Of a stretch of 64,000 nt of DNA, positions 35,880 through 45,517 are shown piece by piece (the first letter of the stretch is position 1; each line of letters starts with the position of its first letter). Origin of the DNA: Heteronotia binoei (lineage: Eukaryota). The notes under the pieces were generated by a model. It was not told the DNA's origin. It searched no databases and saw only the letters and a program-made list of their open reading frames with translations. The position numbers and the translations under genes are program-made. The stretch spans positions 24,304,001 to 24,368,000 of the forward strand of contig NC_083233.1 of NCBI RefSeq assembly GCF_032191835.1. Reading direction: 5' to 3'.

Positions 35880-36498
35880 CTTTCCGTCGAACTAATTTGT
35901 TATGAGGGCCGGATCTGACATAAATGAGACCTTGAGGGACTGGGCCATATCGGACTGGATCATGTGTGTACCTATTTAAGATTAGGTAGCAGATATATAA
36001 ATGTTATAAAGAACACAAACACAAATAATATTTTTAAAAAACTTAAAACATGCTTAAAACGTTAGCACTCATTGGTCTTAAAAGTGCTTTCTTTGTATTT
36101 CTCCCATGGGATCCAGGGAACTGGGCAAAGGAAGCTCTGGTTCTTTCCTTCCTTCCCCAGGGACTGGTGGCGGGGAGGGGGGGAGGGAGAGGAAGCCTCA
36201 GTCAATAGAAGAAAAAGAGACTTGGCTCAGTAGCTCTGCTGTGCGATTGAGCCTGGCAAAGCAAGCTCTCCTTCCCTCCCCTTTCTCCCCAAGGGAGGAG
36301 CCTCAGCGAATGGGGGAAACAGAGGTTTTGCTCTGTAGCTCCTGTGTGATTGAGCAAGCCTTGCAAAGCAAGCTGTGATACAGAAGAAAGCAAGAGAGAG
36401 AGAGAGGAGGAAGCAGATGACAGCCAGTTGCTCGGGGGCCTGATAGGAGCCCTCCGGGGACCTGATTCGGCCTTTGAACTGCATGTTTGACACCGCTG
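35880..36498. mobile_element. hAT-type non-autonomous element upstream of RBMX2
   Basis: Ends gcatgtttgacaccgctg (TIR-like); degenerate left end; no TSD verified. Confidence 0.5.
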
Positions 36499-36549
36499 TC
36501 TAAATGCAACATGTCCCGCTTTTCTGTCTTCTTCCCTCCCCACCCCACA

Positions 36550-36881
36550 GCATCCCCTTTGCCAACCTTTCGAACGCGCCTGCGAGGCTTCCATTACAAG
36601 CCAGGGCAGAAAACAGGAAAAATATGGCTTCAAGGGCTGCTACCTGTAAGCATGCGCAGCTTCTTGCAAACAACCACCAATGGCTGATCGCGTTTCACCC
36701 AGAGCACCGTTTTCAATCAGACGCAGAATCTAAAGGGGCGTGGAATAGGAAGCTGGAGAAAGAGAGATTTGGATTGGTTACTCTTCAGGCGACTCGCCCA
36801 AGAGGCGGGTTCGTCACGTTCGCACAGCCCGCTGGAATGTTTAGGGCATGCGCAGAGCGACAGGTGAAGGCGCCGGGTAAC
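36550..36881 (+). promoter_or_regulatory. RBMX2 promoter/5' UTR with NRF1-like sites
   Basis: CpG-rich; GCATGCGCAG at 36650 and 36846; CCAAT-like ccaatggc. Confidence 0.6.
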
Positions 36882-36886
36882 ATGAA
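36882..36886 (+). CDS. RBMX2: RBMX2 exon 1 coding part (ATG AA)
   Basis: aacATGAA|gtaggt; joins exon 2 to give MNPLTKVKLINELNERE. Confidence 0.85.
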
Positions 36887-37187
36887 GTAGGTTGGTGGAA
36901 AGGGGGGGGGGGGGGGGTTGGAATGGGTCTGTACCAGGAGTGTGTGAAGTGATAACACGGAAGAGTACCTCTAAGCGTGTGCAGAGTGCCTTCACATCCC
37001 AGTTAACTAATTGCGTATCCCTGGGCGAAGTTTGGGGATTCTGGGCTTTCAAAACGGTGTGTGTGTCTTCTGCGTAGGCTTGAGGCCCCAATGCTTCTCT
37101 TTAGAAGCTCTTTAGACATGTGGCAAGGTAGGGCGAAAGGTACTACGAAGATGCCTGAACTGAGTATTTTCTGTTCATCTTCTTTAG

Positions 37188-37303
37188 CCCGCTGACCAAA
37201 GTGAAGCTGATCAATGAGCTGAACGAGCGTGAAGCCCAGCTGGGTGTGCAAGAGAAAGTATCCTGGCATGCTGAGTATAGTGACAGCGCATGGGTGTTTG
37301 TGG
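37188..37303 (+). CDS. RBMX2: RBMX2 exon 2
   Basis: ctttag|CCCGCTGACC; NPLTKVKLINELNEREAQLGVQEKVSWHAEYSDSAWVFV; G|gtatgc. Confidence 0.95.
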
Positions 37304-37407
37304 GTATGCATCAGGCAATGAGGCAGGGTTGGGTGGCCAACCCCTGCAGCAGCGGTGGCTCAAAGTGTGTCAAAAACGCACTTATCAGATTCTGCTGTTT
37401 CTTCCAG

Positions 37408-37459
37408 GGGGTTTACCATACGAGCTGACTGAAGGAGACATCATCTGTGTCTTTTCACA
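37408..37459 (+). CDS. RBMX2: RBMX2 exon 3 (RRM start)
   Basis: GGLPYELTEGDIICVFSQ; ttccag| and CA|gtaagt. Confidence 0.95.
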
Positions 37460-37574
37460 GTAAGTAGAACTTTTTTGCCCAGACTTGGATGCTTTAGGCT
37501 AGCGCAATTTTGGAAGCTAAGCAGGATCAGTAGTTGGATTGGACACCACTGAGGAAATCCAGGGTTGCTATGCT

Positions 37575-37712
37575 GGGGTATCTGAAGAAGTGAGCAGTAA
37601 CTCACAATAGCTCATACCCTGCCACAAGTTTTGTTATTTAAGGTGCTACTAAACTCTGTCTCTTTTGTAATGCCACAAACAGACTAACACAGCTACCCAT
37701 CTTGACCTAAAC
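37575..37712 (+). mobile_element. Penelope-like terminal fragment with mutated hammerhead, preceded by a 5S-like fragment (about 37490-37575)
   Basis: gtatCTGAAGAagtgag...ctcacAATAgctcatac, with GAAA mutated. Confidence 0.55.
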
Positions 37713-37825
37713 CAACTGTGTTCATATCTTGACTTGAAAACCGTATAGGGTCAGCTGTGGCTTGACAGCATATTCCATTCAGAACACCCTCCTTACCCAT
37801 GTTGATAGCTGAGAGGTATAGATCT

Positions 37826-38095
37826 CAGTTTGGTGCAGTGGTTGAGTGTGTGGACTCTTATCTGGGAAAACCAGGTTTGATTCCCCACTCCTCCACTTGC
37901 AGCTGATGGAATGGCCTTGGGTCAGCCATAGCTCTCCCAGAGTTGTCCTTGAAAGGGCAGCTTCTGTGAGAGCTCTCTCAGCCCCACCTACCTTACATTA
38001 TGTTTGCTGTGGGGGAGGAAGGTAAAGGAGATTGTGAGATGCTCTGAGACTCTGATTCAGAGAGAAGGGTGGGGTATAAATCTATGGTCTTCATC
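37826..38095 (+). mobile_element. Squam3-like SINE
   Basis: Full-length copy. Confidence 0.87.
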
Positions 38096-38270
38096 TCTGC
38101 CCTGATGCCCTTTGGCTACAATCCTGACACGGAATATTTACCTTGATTTCTGTCTCTCACTATCCTCAAAGTATCTTGTTCTAGTTCATGTCTTTAGACA
38201 GTCGTCAAACACTGTGACAATAAAATATATTCAAATAAAACAGCCATTAAAGGAATCCTTTACTCATCCC

Positions 38271-38998
38271 TAGGGTTGCCAAGTCCAATTCAAGAAATAT
38301 CTGGGGACTTTGGGGGTGGAGCCAGGAGACTTTGGGGGTGGAGCCAGGAGACATTGGGGCGGAGCCAGGAACAAGGATGTGACAAGCATAACTGAACTCC
38401 AAGAGAGTTCTGGCCATCACATTTAAAGGGACAGCACACCTTTTTAAATGTCTTCCTTCCATAGGAAATAATGAAGGATAAGGGCACCTTCTTTTGGGGC
38501 TCATAGAATTGGACCCCCTGCTCCAATCGTTTTGAAATTTGGGGGATACTTTGGGGAGAGGCACTAGATACTATATTGAAAATTTGGTGCCTCTACCTCA
38601 AAAAACAGCTCCCCCAGAGCCCCCGAAACCTCCAGATCAATTCCCCATTATACCCTATGAGAAGACGTTTTCCTCTCCACCCCCTCCCCCTCCCCCCTGC
38701 CCCCCCCCTGTTTCTGGGAAATCTGATGCAGGGGACAGAACTCACTCACCTCCGGAGGTGCAAAGGCACATGGTCCTTTGGGGGCGTGGCTGGGCTCCCC
38801 TCCCTTCACCGGCCAGCTGACTGGGGGCGGGAAGCAGCCTGAGAAAACGGAAGAGCTCTGGCTGCTGCGATCGGGGCTGGGTGGGAAGGGCTGCCGTTCT
38901 CCCCCCCCGCCTCCCCCCGCTTTCCCTTTTATGGCCAGCGGGGGGAGGAGGCTCCAAATCTGGAGTCTCCAGGCCTAGCGGGGGATTTGGGAACCCTA
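38271..38998. mobile_element. Blackjack-like hAT MITE (728 bp)
   Basis: TIRs tagggttgcc / gggaacccta; exact TSD ctcatccc. Confidence 0.9.
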
Positions 38999-39782
38999 CT
39001 CATCCCTGTTATATGTTTCCTCTAAGAAAGGACCCAAGTTACATCTGGAAGACACATGTTTGGGTCACAGGGAGAAGAAAGTTCCACAGCTGGCTAGTGA
39101 ACATCAAGGATGTCTTTTTGTGGACTGTTGATATGTTAGCCTACTACCCACAGATCAGTGTTAAGAGCCATCTTTTGGCTTGTGGTAGCACACATCCTAG
39201 AGGTTCTTTCTCTGCATGTGATGTTACCTTTGAGGAAGGGCTGGAGGACTAGAAGATAGATTTGTTAACCATGATAGGTACATGGAACATCCTTGGTCAA
39301 AGGCAGTATACTGAAAAGCAAATGTGTGGTGTAGTGGTTTTGAGGACTAGACTAGTATATAGGAGACCCAGACTCAAATCCCCTCTCATGCCATGGACGC
39401 TCACTGGGAGATGTTGGGCCAGACATACTCTTTCATCCTAATGTACCTCGCAGTGTTGTTGTAAGGATAAAATGAAGGTGAGGAGAACAATGTAAACCAC
39501 TTTGGGTCCCCACGGGAGAACGATGGGGTACAAATTAATAATTAAAAAAGAGGTTCTCACCATGCTTTGTTTTATAAATGCTGGCCACATTTGGAAACAG
39601 GATGCTGCAGTAGATGAATCTTCGGCCTAATCCAGGAAAGCAACACTTTTATATTAATAGTCCTGATTAAAAAGTAGAATTGTGTTTTTCTCAGCAACAT
39701 GAGAAGTGCTGCAGAAGAATTTGAAATGTTTTTGGAGAACTGCTGGTGAGAAGACATTTAACCTGCTTGAGTTCCCCTTCAG

Positions 39783-39912
39783 GTATGGGGAAATTGTGAA
39801 CATCAACCTGGTACGTGATAAGAAGACAGGGAAATCCAAAGGCTTTTGCTTCATTTGCTATGAAGATCAGCGAAGCACCATTCTTGCCGTAGACAACTTC
39901 AATGGGATCAAG
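39783..39912 (+). CDS. RBMX2: RBMX2 exon 4
   Basis: [43 protein letters not shown] (RNP1); cttcag| and AAG|gtacag. Confidence 0.96.
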
Positions 39913-40756
39913 GTACAGTTGACAGGGAAGGAAAAGCCAGTGTAAGGCCCAGTGGCACCTTAAAATGTATACCAGCACACGGTTTTGAGAGTTAGCTGCT
40001 CACTTTATCAGATGCATCTCACTCATGATAGCTTATGCTGCAATAGGTTTTGTGGCTCTTTGAGCTGCCACTGCAGTTTAATTTTGTTAAAATGGATTTA
40101 CCTCCTGCGGAGGTTTTTGCCAAAATGTCTGTTATCTCTGTGGCAGTGCTCTGAGGCTTGAAGCAGAGTGGAAACAACATGTCTTAAAGGCCCTTTCTCC
40201 TGTTATGAAGTTACAGGACACGTAAAGCTCTCACTTAGCTTGGTGTTGTCTATTCTGAGTGGCAGCAACTCTCCATGGGCTTTGAGAACACCTGATACCC
40301 AAGATAACTTTAAAATGTCTCCTTTTGACATAGGAGGAAGTTGTGAGGATTTACGAAGGCACCTTTAATGAGTCAGAGTGTTGCTTCTTCTGCCCCAGTA
40401 CTTTCTATTTGGACAGGCAGTAACTCTCCATTCCTGCTACATGAAATCTTTCCCCTCCCTTTTCAATTGGGAACTAAATCTAGGACCTTTTGCATGCCAA
40501 GCAAGCATTATTCTACTGCTGAGCTGTAGGTCTCTGCCAGAGTCTTTTCCAGTTAAAGAGGATCAGGTAGGAGGTGCTGTAAAAAGACCTCAACTGGAGA
40601 CCCTTGAGAGGAGCTGCCAGTCTGAGTAGACAGTATTGACTTTGATGGACCCATGTCATGATTTGGTATAAGGTAACTTTGTGTGCGTCAAGGCTGTTTG
40701 GCGTCTTATGAAGCATTTAGTTGATGTATGTGCTTCTCCCATGAGTCATGATAAGA

Positions 40757-41035
40757 GAGCCAGTTTGGTGTAGTGGTTAAGTGCACAGACTCTTATTTGG
40801 GAGAACCGGATTTGATTCCCCACTCCTTCACGTGCACCTGCTGATGTGACTGTGAGTCAATCACAAATTCTCACAGAGCTGTTCTGCTCAAGGGCAGTTT
40901 CAGTCAGAGCTCCCTCAGCTCCACCTACCTCACAGGGTGTCCATTGTGGGGTAGGGAAGGGAAAGGAGATTGTAAGATGCTCTGAGATTCCTTTGGGTAA
41001 GTAAAGGGCAGGGTATAAATCCAATCTCTTCTTCT
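40757..41035 (+). mobile_element. Squam3-like SINE whose tail abuts the RBMX2 exon 5 acceptor
   Basis: ...gggtataaatccaatctcttcttct then ctgttgacag|exon. Confidence 0.88.
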
Positions 41036-41045
41036 CTGTTGACAG

Positions 41046-41226
41046 ATCAAAGGAAGGACAATTCGTGTGGACCATGTAGCTAACTATCGTCCTCCCAAAG
41101 ACTCTGAGGATATTGATGACATAACCAAAGCCCTCCGGGAAAAAGGATGTGGCATTAAAACACCTCCCCCCAGTTCACCTGAATCCTCAGAAGATGAGGA
41201 AGTGGAAGTGAAGAAGCACAAAAAAG
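41046..41226 (+). CDS. RBMX2: RBMX2 exon 5
   Basis: IKGRTIRVDHVANYRPPKDSEDIDDITKALREKGCG...KKHKK; AAG|gtgacg, phase 1. Confidence 0.95.
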
Positions 41227-41845
41227 GTGACGGCCCAGTGTGAATGAGCAAGAGAGAGCGTGCATGGAAGTATCTTGTATGTCTCTTTGAAGATTCCAAG
41301 GTTTTGAAAGGCCTAAATATGATTCCTAGATGGAAATATAGGCCAAGACTGGCAGAGCATGCAGGGAAATCTGCAGCCATGTCACCAATCTGCTGCCCTG
41401 GTTTATTGAGCTCTTTAGCTCAGCTAGGGTGAGGTGTGGTTGGCTAGAGGCTTGTTAGTTTTGATAGCTTGGAGAAGGTAGATGAGGAGGAGCTGGAATG
41501 CTGTTTCCTGGTTTTTGAAGATCTACTTCCACAGAAAATGTTAAATGTAAATGTATTTATCCTGATTTCCAGCCCAAAGTTGGCTCACAAACCAGCTCAC
41601 AGGATAGAAAATTTAATGCAAATAATAAAATTCAATACAATATTCCTTGAGGAAGGGAATTCTCAGCGGGGAGCTGAATTCAGGCATGGCAGGGAGAGGC
41701 CTCATGGCTTCCTGGGCTTTCGCCGATGGTGGCAGTTGAAAGGTGGAGGGAGGATGGTGTTCAGCTGGCCCTGAGCACAATACAGGTGGGATTTCGTACT
41801 TTTTCTTCTCCTGCAAGACAATCCCTCATTGATGGCTGTCATTAC

Positions 41846-42000
41846 CAGAGCTTTTTTTGTAGCAGGAACTCTTTTGCATATTAGGCCACACACCCCTGAT
41901 GTAGCCAATCCTCCAAGAGCCTGTAAGCTTTTGGAGGATTCACTATATCAGGGAGTGTGGCCTAATATTTAAAGGAGTTCTAGCTACAAAAGAAGCCCTG
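41846..42000. mobile_element. Palindromic hAT MITE family C
   Basis: Long internal inverted repeat; exact TSD gtcattac. Confidence 0.9.
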
Positions 42001-42183
42001 GTCATTACAATTTACAGTTATTAATAAAGTTTCAGGGCAACAGTCTCTGCTCGGTGTGTAGGGCAGAACTTTAACTGCTAGCTGGTGGGGTATAGTGTCA
42101 GACTGTGACCTGGGTTCAAATTCCTGCTCTGCAATGAAGCTAGCTTGGTGATCTTGGACCAGTCGTTTATACTCAGCCTAACC

Positions 42184-42498
42184 CAGGGGTGGCCAAACTT
42201 GCTTAACACAAGGACCACATAGAATAAATCTAAAATGTTAGAGAGCCACAAGACATGAATGTCGGATGTTTGAGAGCCACAAGACAGGAAGGAAAGAAGG
42301 CAGGCTAATAGATGCGGGAGGGAGGGAAAAAGCAACTTTAACTTTAAATGCAATCTCCAAGCCAGTGGCTGGCTTGGCTTGGAGAAGGATTTAAAGAGAG
42401 AAATACCTACTCCAAGCTGGCCAATGGCGTTTTGAGAGTCAAACAATATGTGTGAAAGAGCCACATGTGGCTCCTGAGCTGCAGTTTGGCCACTCCTG
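42184..42498. mobile_element. hAT MITE family A inserted in an old MIR-like SINE
   Basis: Exact TSD gcctaacc; the SINE continues on both sides. Confidence 0.9.
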
Positions 42499-42711
42499 GC
42501 CTAACCCTATCCTGCTGGATCGTTAGGGTAGAATGGAGAAGGAGGAAGGGTGAAGTCAAGATATACTAAATAGATAATAATTTAGTCCTGGTATTATTCC
42601 CTGTCTGGGAATGCTGGACAGAAAATAGTTGGGGGCTGAGATGCTAGGACAGAGTGAAATGGACATCTCCAGAAGGCTTTTAGATATCAATCTGTTTCTC
42701 CTCCTCTAAAG

Positions 42712-43418
42712 AAAAAAGCAAGAAGAAGAAAAAAGAAAAGAAAGAGCATCGGAAACGTATGAAAGAGGAGCTCCCTGCAGATGCACCACCTGCTAAAGCC
42801 AAGATCAAAGTGGAGAGGGAAGATCCAGGCTATGAACGATATGCTGGTGCAAGTCAGCAAACCTCGAGCTCCTCTGGGCACAAACCCGCCAGCTGGGCAG
42901 TGCAAGAACAAGAACTCATGTATGAACGTGTGAGAGAGAGGTCAAGAGAGAGAGGCGGGCAAGGTAAAAGAGAAAGATCTCCAGAAAGGGATCAGAGAGG
43001 AGAGGGATCTCGAGACAAGGGCAGAGAAAGGCATTGGCACGACCAGAGAGAGGGATCTGGAGAGAAGTTTCAAGAGAAAGTCAGAGAGAGGGACCAGCAG
43101 GATCAGAGAGAGGGGTCTCGAGAGAGGGGCCGGTATGATCAGAGAGAGCGGTCTCGAGAGAGGGGCTGGCAAGATCAGAGGGAGGGGTCTCGAGAGAAGG
43201 TCAGAGATTGGGACCGGCAGGATCAGAGGGAGGGGTCTCGAGAGTGGGGCACAGAGAGGGGCTGGCAGGATCAGAGAACATCTCATGTCGACCGGGGTGA
43301 GGAGAAGCATAAGAAAACAGAAGACAGAACGAGAGCAGCAGAAAGCAGGAGATCCCGAGAGCGATGGGAGAACAGAGACAAACCACCCAGGGAGAAGGAG
43401 TCTTCCAGACACTACTAA
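42712..43418 (+). CDS. RBMX2: RBMX2 exon 6 (terminal; Lys-rich, then RE/DQR repeats); spliced protein about 396 aa
   Basis: ctctaaag|AAAAAAGC, phase 1, in frame with the ORF at 42759; stop at 43418; AATAAA at 43702. Confidence 0.9.
42990..43280 (+). repeat. Coding minisatellite in RBMX2 exon 6
   Basis: Seven GAY-CAG-AG (DQR) anchored units at 42990, 43041, 43101, 43137, 43173, 43221 and 43269; spacings 51/60/36/36/48/48 nt. Confidence 0.88.
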
Positions 43419-44027
43419 CCTTCGTGTTCCACCTTTGCAAGTGCAAACAGACACAAGGGGGGTGGGGGTGGACCTACTGCTGCACCAGCTCAGTGAAAAG
43501 AGGGAGAGAGCCCTGGCTGCTGGCAGGAATTTCTCTGCAGCTCTGTGCTGCTCTGCTTGGCAGAAAAAGGCCCAAGAACTGAACTCTTCGGATTCATTGG
43601 TCTGGACATGAGAGAGCTGCTGGGGACCATCTTCACTTTGGCCAGAATGGTGTGGCTTGGGTATCTTTTTTTTTAAACACATTATGTAGAAACTCAGATT
43701 TAATAAATGTGCTTCAAGCATTTGCAACAGCCCACACTGATATATTTCTGAAGACTGTGGTACATCCAAAGTTGCCATTCTGTTTGGCCTCTCATGTATC
43801 CTGTTGAGTCAGGCAGTGGAAACGCTTGAGGACGGGTATGTTTTACTGCCCAGAGAATGTTCACTGGAGAGCAAGGAGGCAGCATAGCCGGCATCTCTCT
43901 GCCAAACGGGATATGTAACCTCGGGGGTCTGAGAGCTTCGCTTGCAAGGACTCTTGACACAAGTTGGGCCAGCCTGTTCTGTGGAGCCACTAAACTTATC
44001 CTTGAAGGTGGGTGGGTTACCTTCAAT

Positions 44028-44207
44028 CAGGGCTTTTTTTTATATAGCAGGACCTCCTTTGCCTTAGGCCACACACCCGATGTAGCCAATCCTCCAAGAG
44101 CTTATAGGGATCTTCTTACAGGCATACTGTAAGCTGTTGGAGGGTTGGCTACATCAGGGCTGTGTGGCCTAATAGGCAAAGGAATTCCTGCTTCAAAAAA
44201 AGCCCTG
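44028..44207. mobile_element. Palindromic hAT MITE family C
   Basis: cagggcttttt...aaaaagccctg; TSD ccttcaat/ccctcaat. Confidence 0.9.
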
Positions 44208-45014
44208 CCCTCAATGATGAAAAGAAGTTCAGGTAACTGGGAGCTGGGGTTGCTAGGAACCGATAACACTGGTCCTCCAGCATCTGGGCTGCCTTCAGAT
44301 TCTCTGTTCAGCACAACAGAAGATGCAGCAGCTGATGCTTAAAGTGCCCAGGAGGCCTCCAAGTGACACATCATCTCTGAGATCAACTGGGCAGGATATC
44401 CTAGTGACTTCTATGTGCCATTTTTAAAAAATGTGGTTGGATCCAGCCAACTTTTCCCATGAATGTCTCTCAAGTCCCCTCCCTACTGCAGCCCCTATCC
44501 CACATGGCCTTTATACATGCATGTCCCATGATCCCCAACATAGCCTGTTTGGGTAGTCAAAGGGGACTCCTTTCTTTTTCAGCTGTTGAAAAGCTGGTTG
44601 GATCTACTCCAGTCGTGTTTTTGGCCTTACTTTTCAGCCTAAATTTGACTCCCAAAGCACCTCACAGGAACGCAACACCCAATATGAATGTCATTAAAAA
44701 TCCAACATAAAATGCTTCTTTTGGGGAAGGAATTCTCTCTGGAGCTACATGGGGGAATGCTTGGCTGCTTCCTGCCCTCTCTCCCCACAGCCCCGTTAAG
44801 GCCTATTGAAAGCTAAAGAGGAGGAACTCTTAAACTAAAGCTGGAATTGTGATTGACAGCGTTCCACAGAGGGCTACTGGACACAAGAAACTGCCTTATA
44901 TTGGTCTGTCAAGGTTGGTACTGTTTACTCTGAGTAGTGGAGACTCTCTAAGGTCCCAAGCAGAGGTTTTATAGCCCTGTTCCCCTGATGTTGCCTCCTG
45001 GCTCTGGGATTCAG

Positions 45015-45240
45015 AGGTTTAGTGCCTCTGAATGTGGAAGCTCCCCTCAGTCACCAGGGCTAGTGGCCACTGATAGACATATCCTCCCTGAATCCATCTA
45101 ACCCCCTTTTAAAACTGTTTATTCTTGTGACCATCACTACATCCTCTGGCAGTGAATTCCACATTTTAATCTCTCACTGTATAAAGTAGTATTTCATTTT
45201 GTCCATCCTGAACTTATTCCCCATCAGTTTCATGGGATAC
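45015..45240 (-). mobile_element. Older CR1 3' fragment
   Basis: ccactgatagac...ctggcagtgaattccaca matches the young CR1 copies, diverged. Confidence 0.7.
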
Positions 45241-45248
45241 CCTAGGGA

Positions 45249-45517
45249 GAGCTAGTTTGGTGTAGTGGTTAAGTGCATGGACTCTGATCTGGGAGAACCA
45301 GGTTTGATTCCCCACTCCTCCACTTGCACTTGCTGGAATGGCCTTGGGTCAGCCATAGCTATCGCAGAAGTTGTCCTTGAAAGGGCAGCTGCTGTGAGAG
45401 CCCTCTCAGCCCCACCCAGCTCACAGAGTGTCTGTTGTAGGGGGAGAAGATATGGGAGATTGTAAGCGTCTCTCGACTTCAGAGAGAAGGGCGGGATATA
45501 AATCTGCAATCTTCTTC
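45249..45517 (+). mobile_element. Squam3-like SINE followed by (CTG)n and an older MIR-like copy (about 45547-45690)
   Basis: Full head, core and tail. Confidence 0.87.

Noticed and set aside
41227-41244. Read-through of the RBMX2 exon 5 donor (GDGPV*) as a truncated isoform
   Set aside because: No nearby polyA signal or other support; any retained intron would give such a stop.
42942-43778. 278-aa ORF on the - strand
   Set aside because: Antisense shadow of the purine-rich RBMX2 coding repeat (Leu/Ser/Pro repeats).
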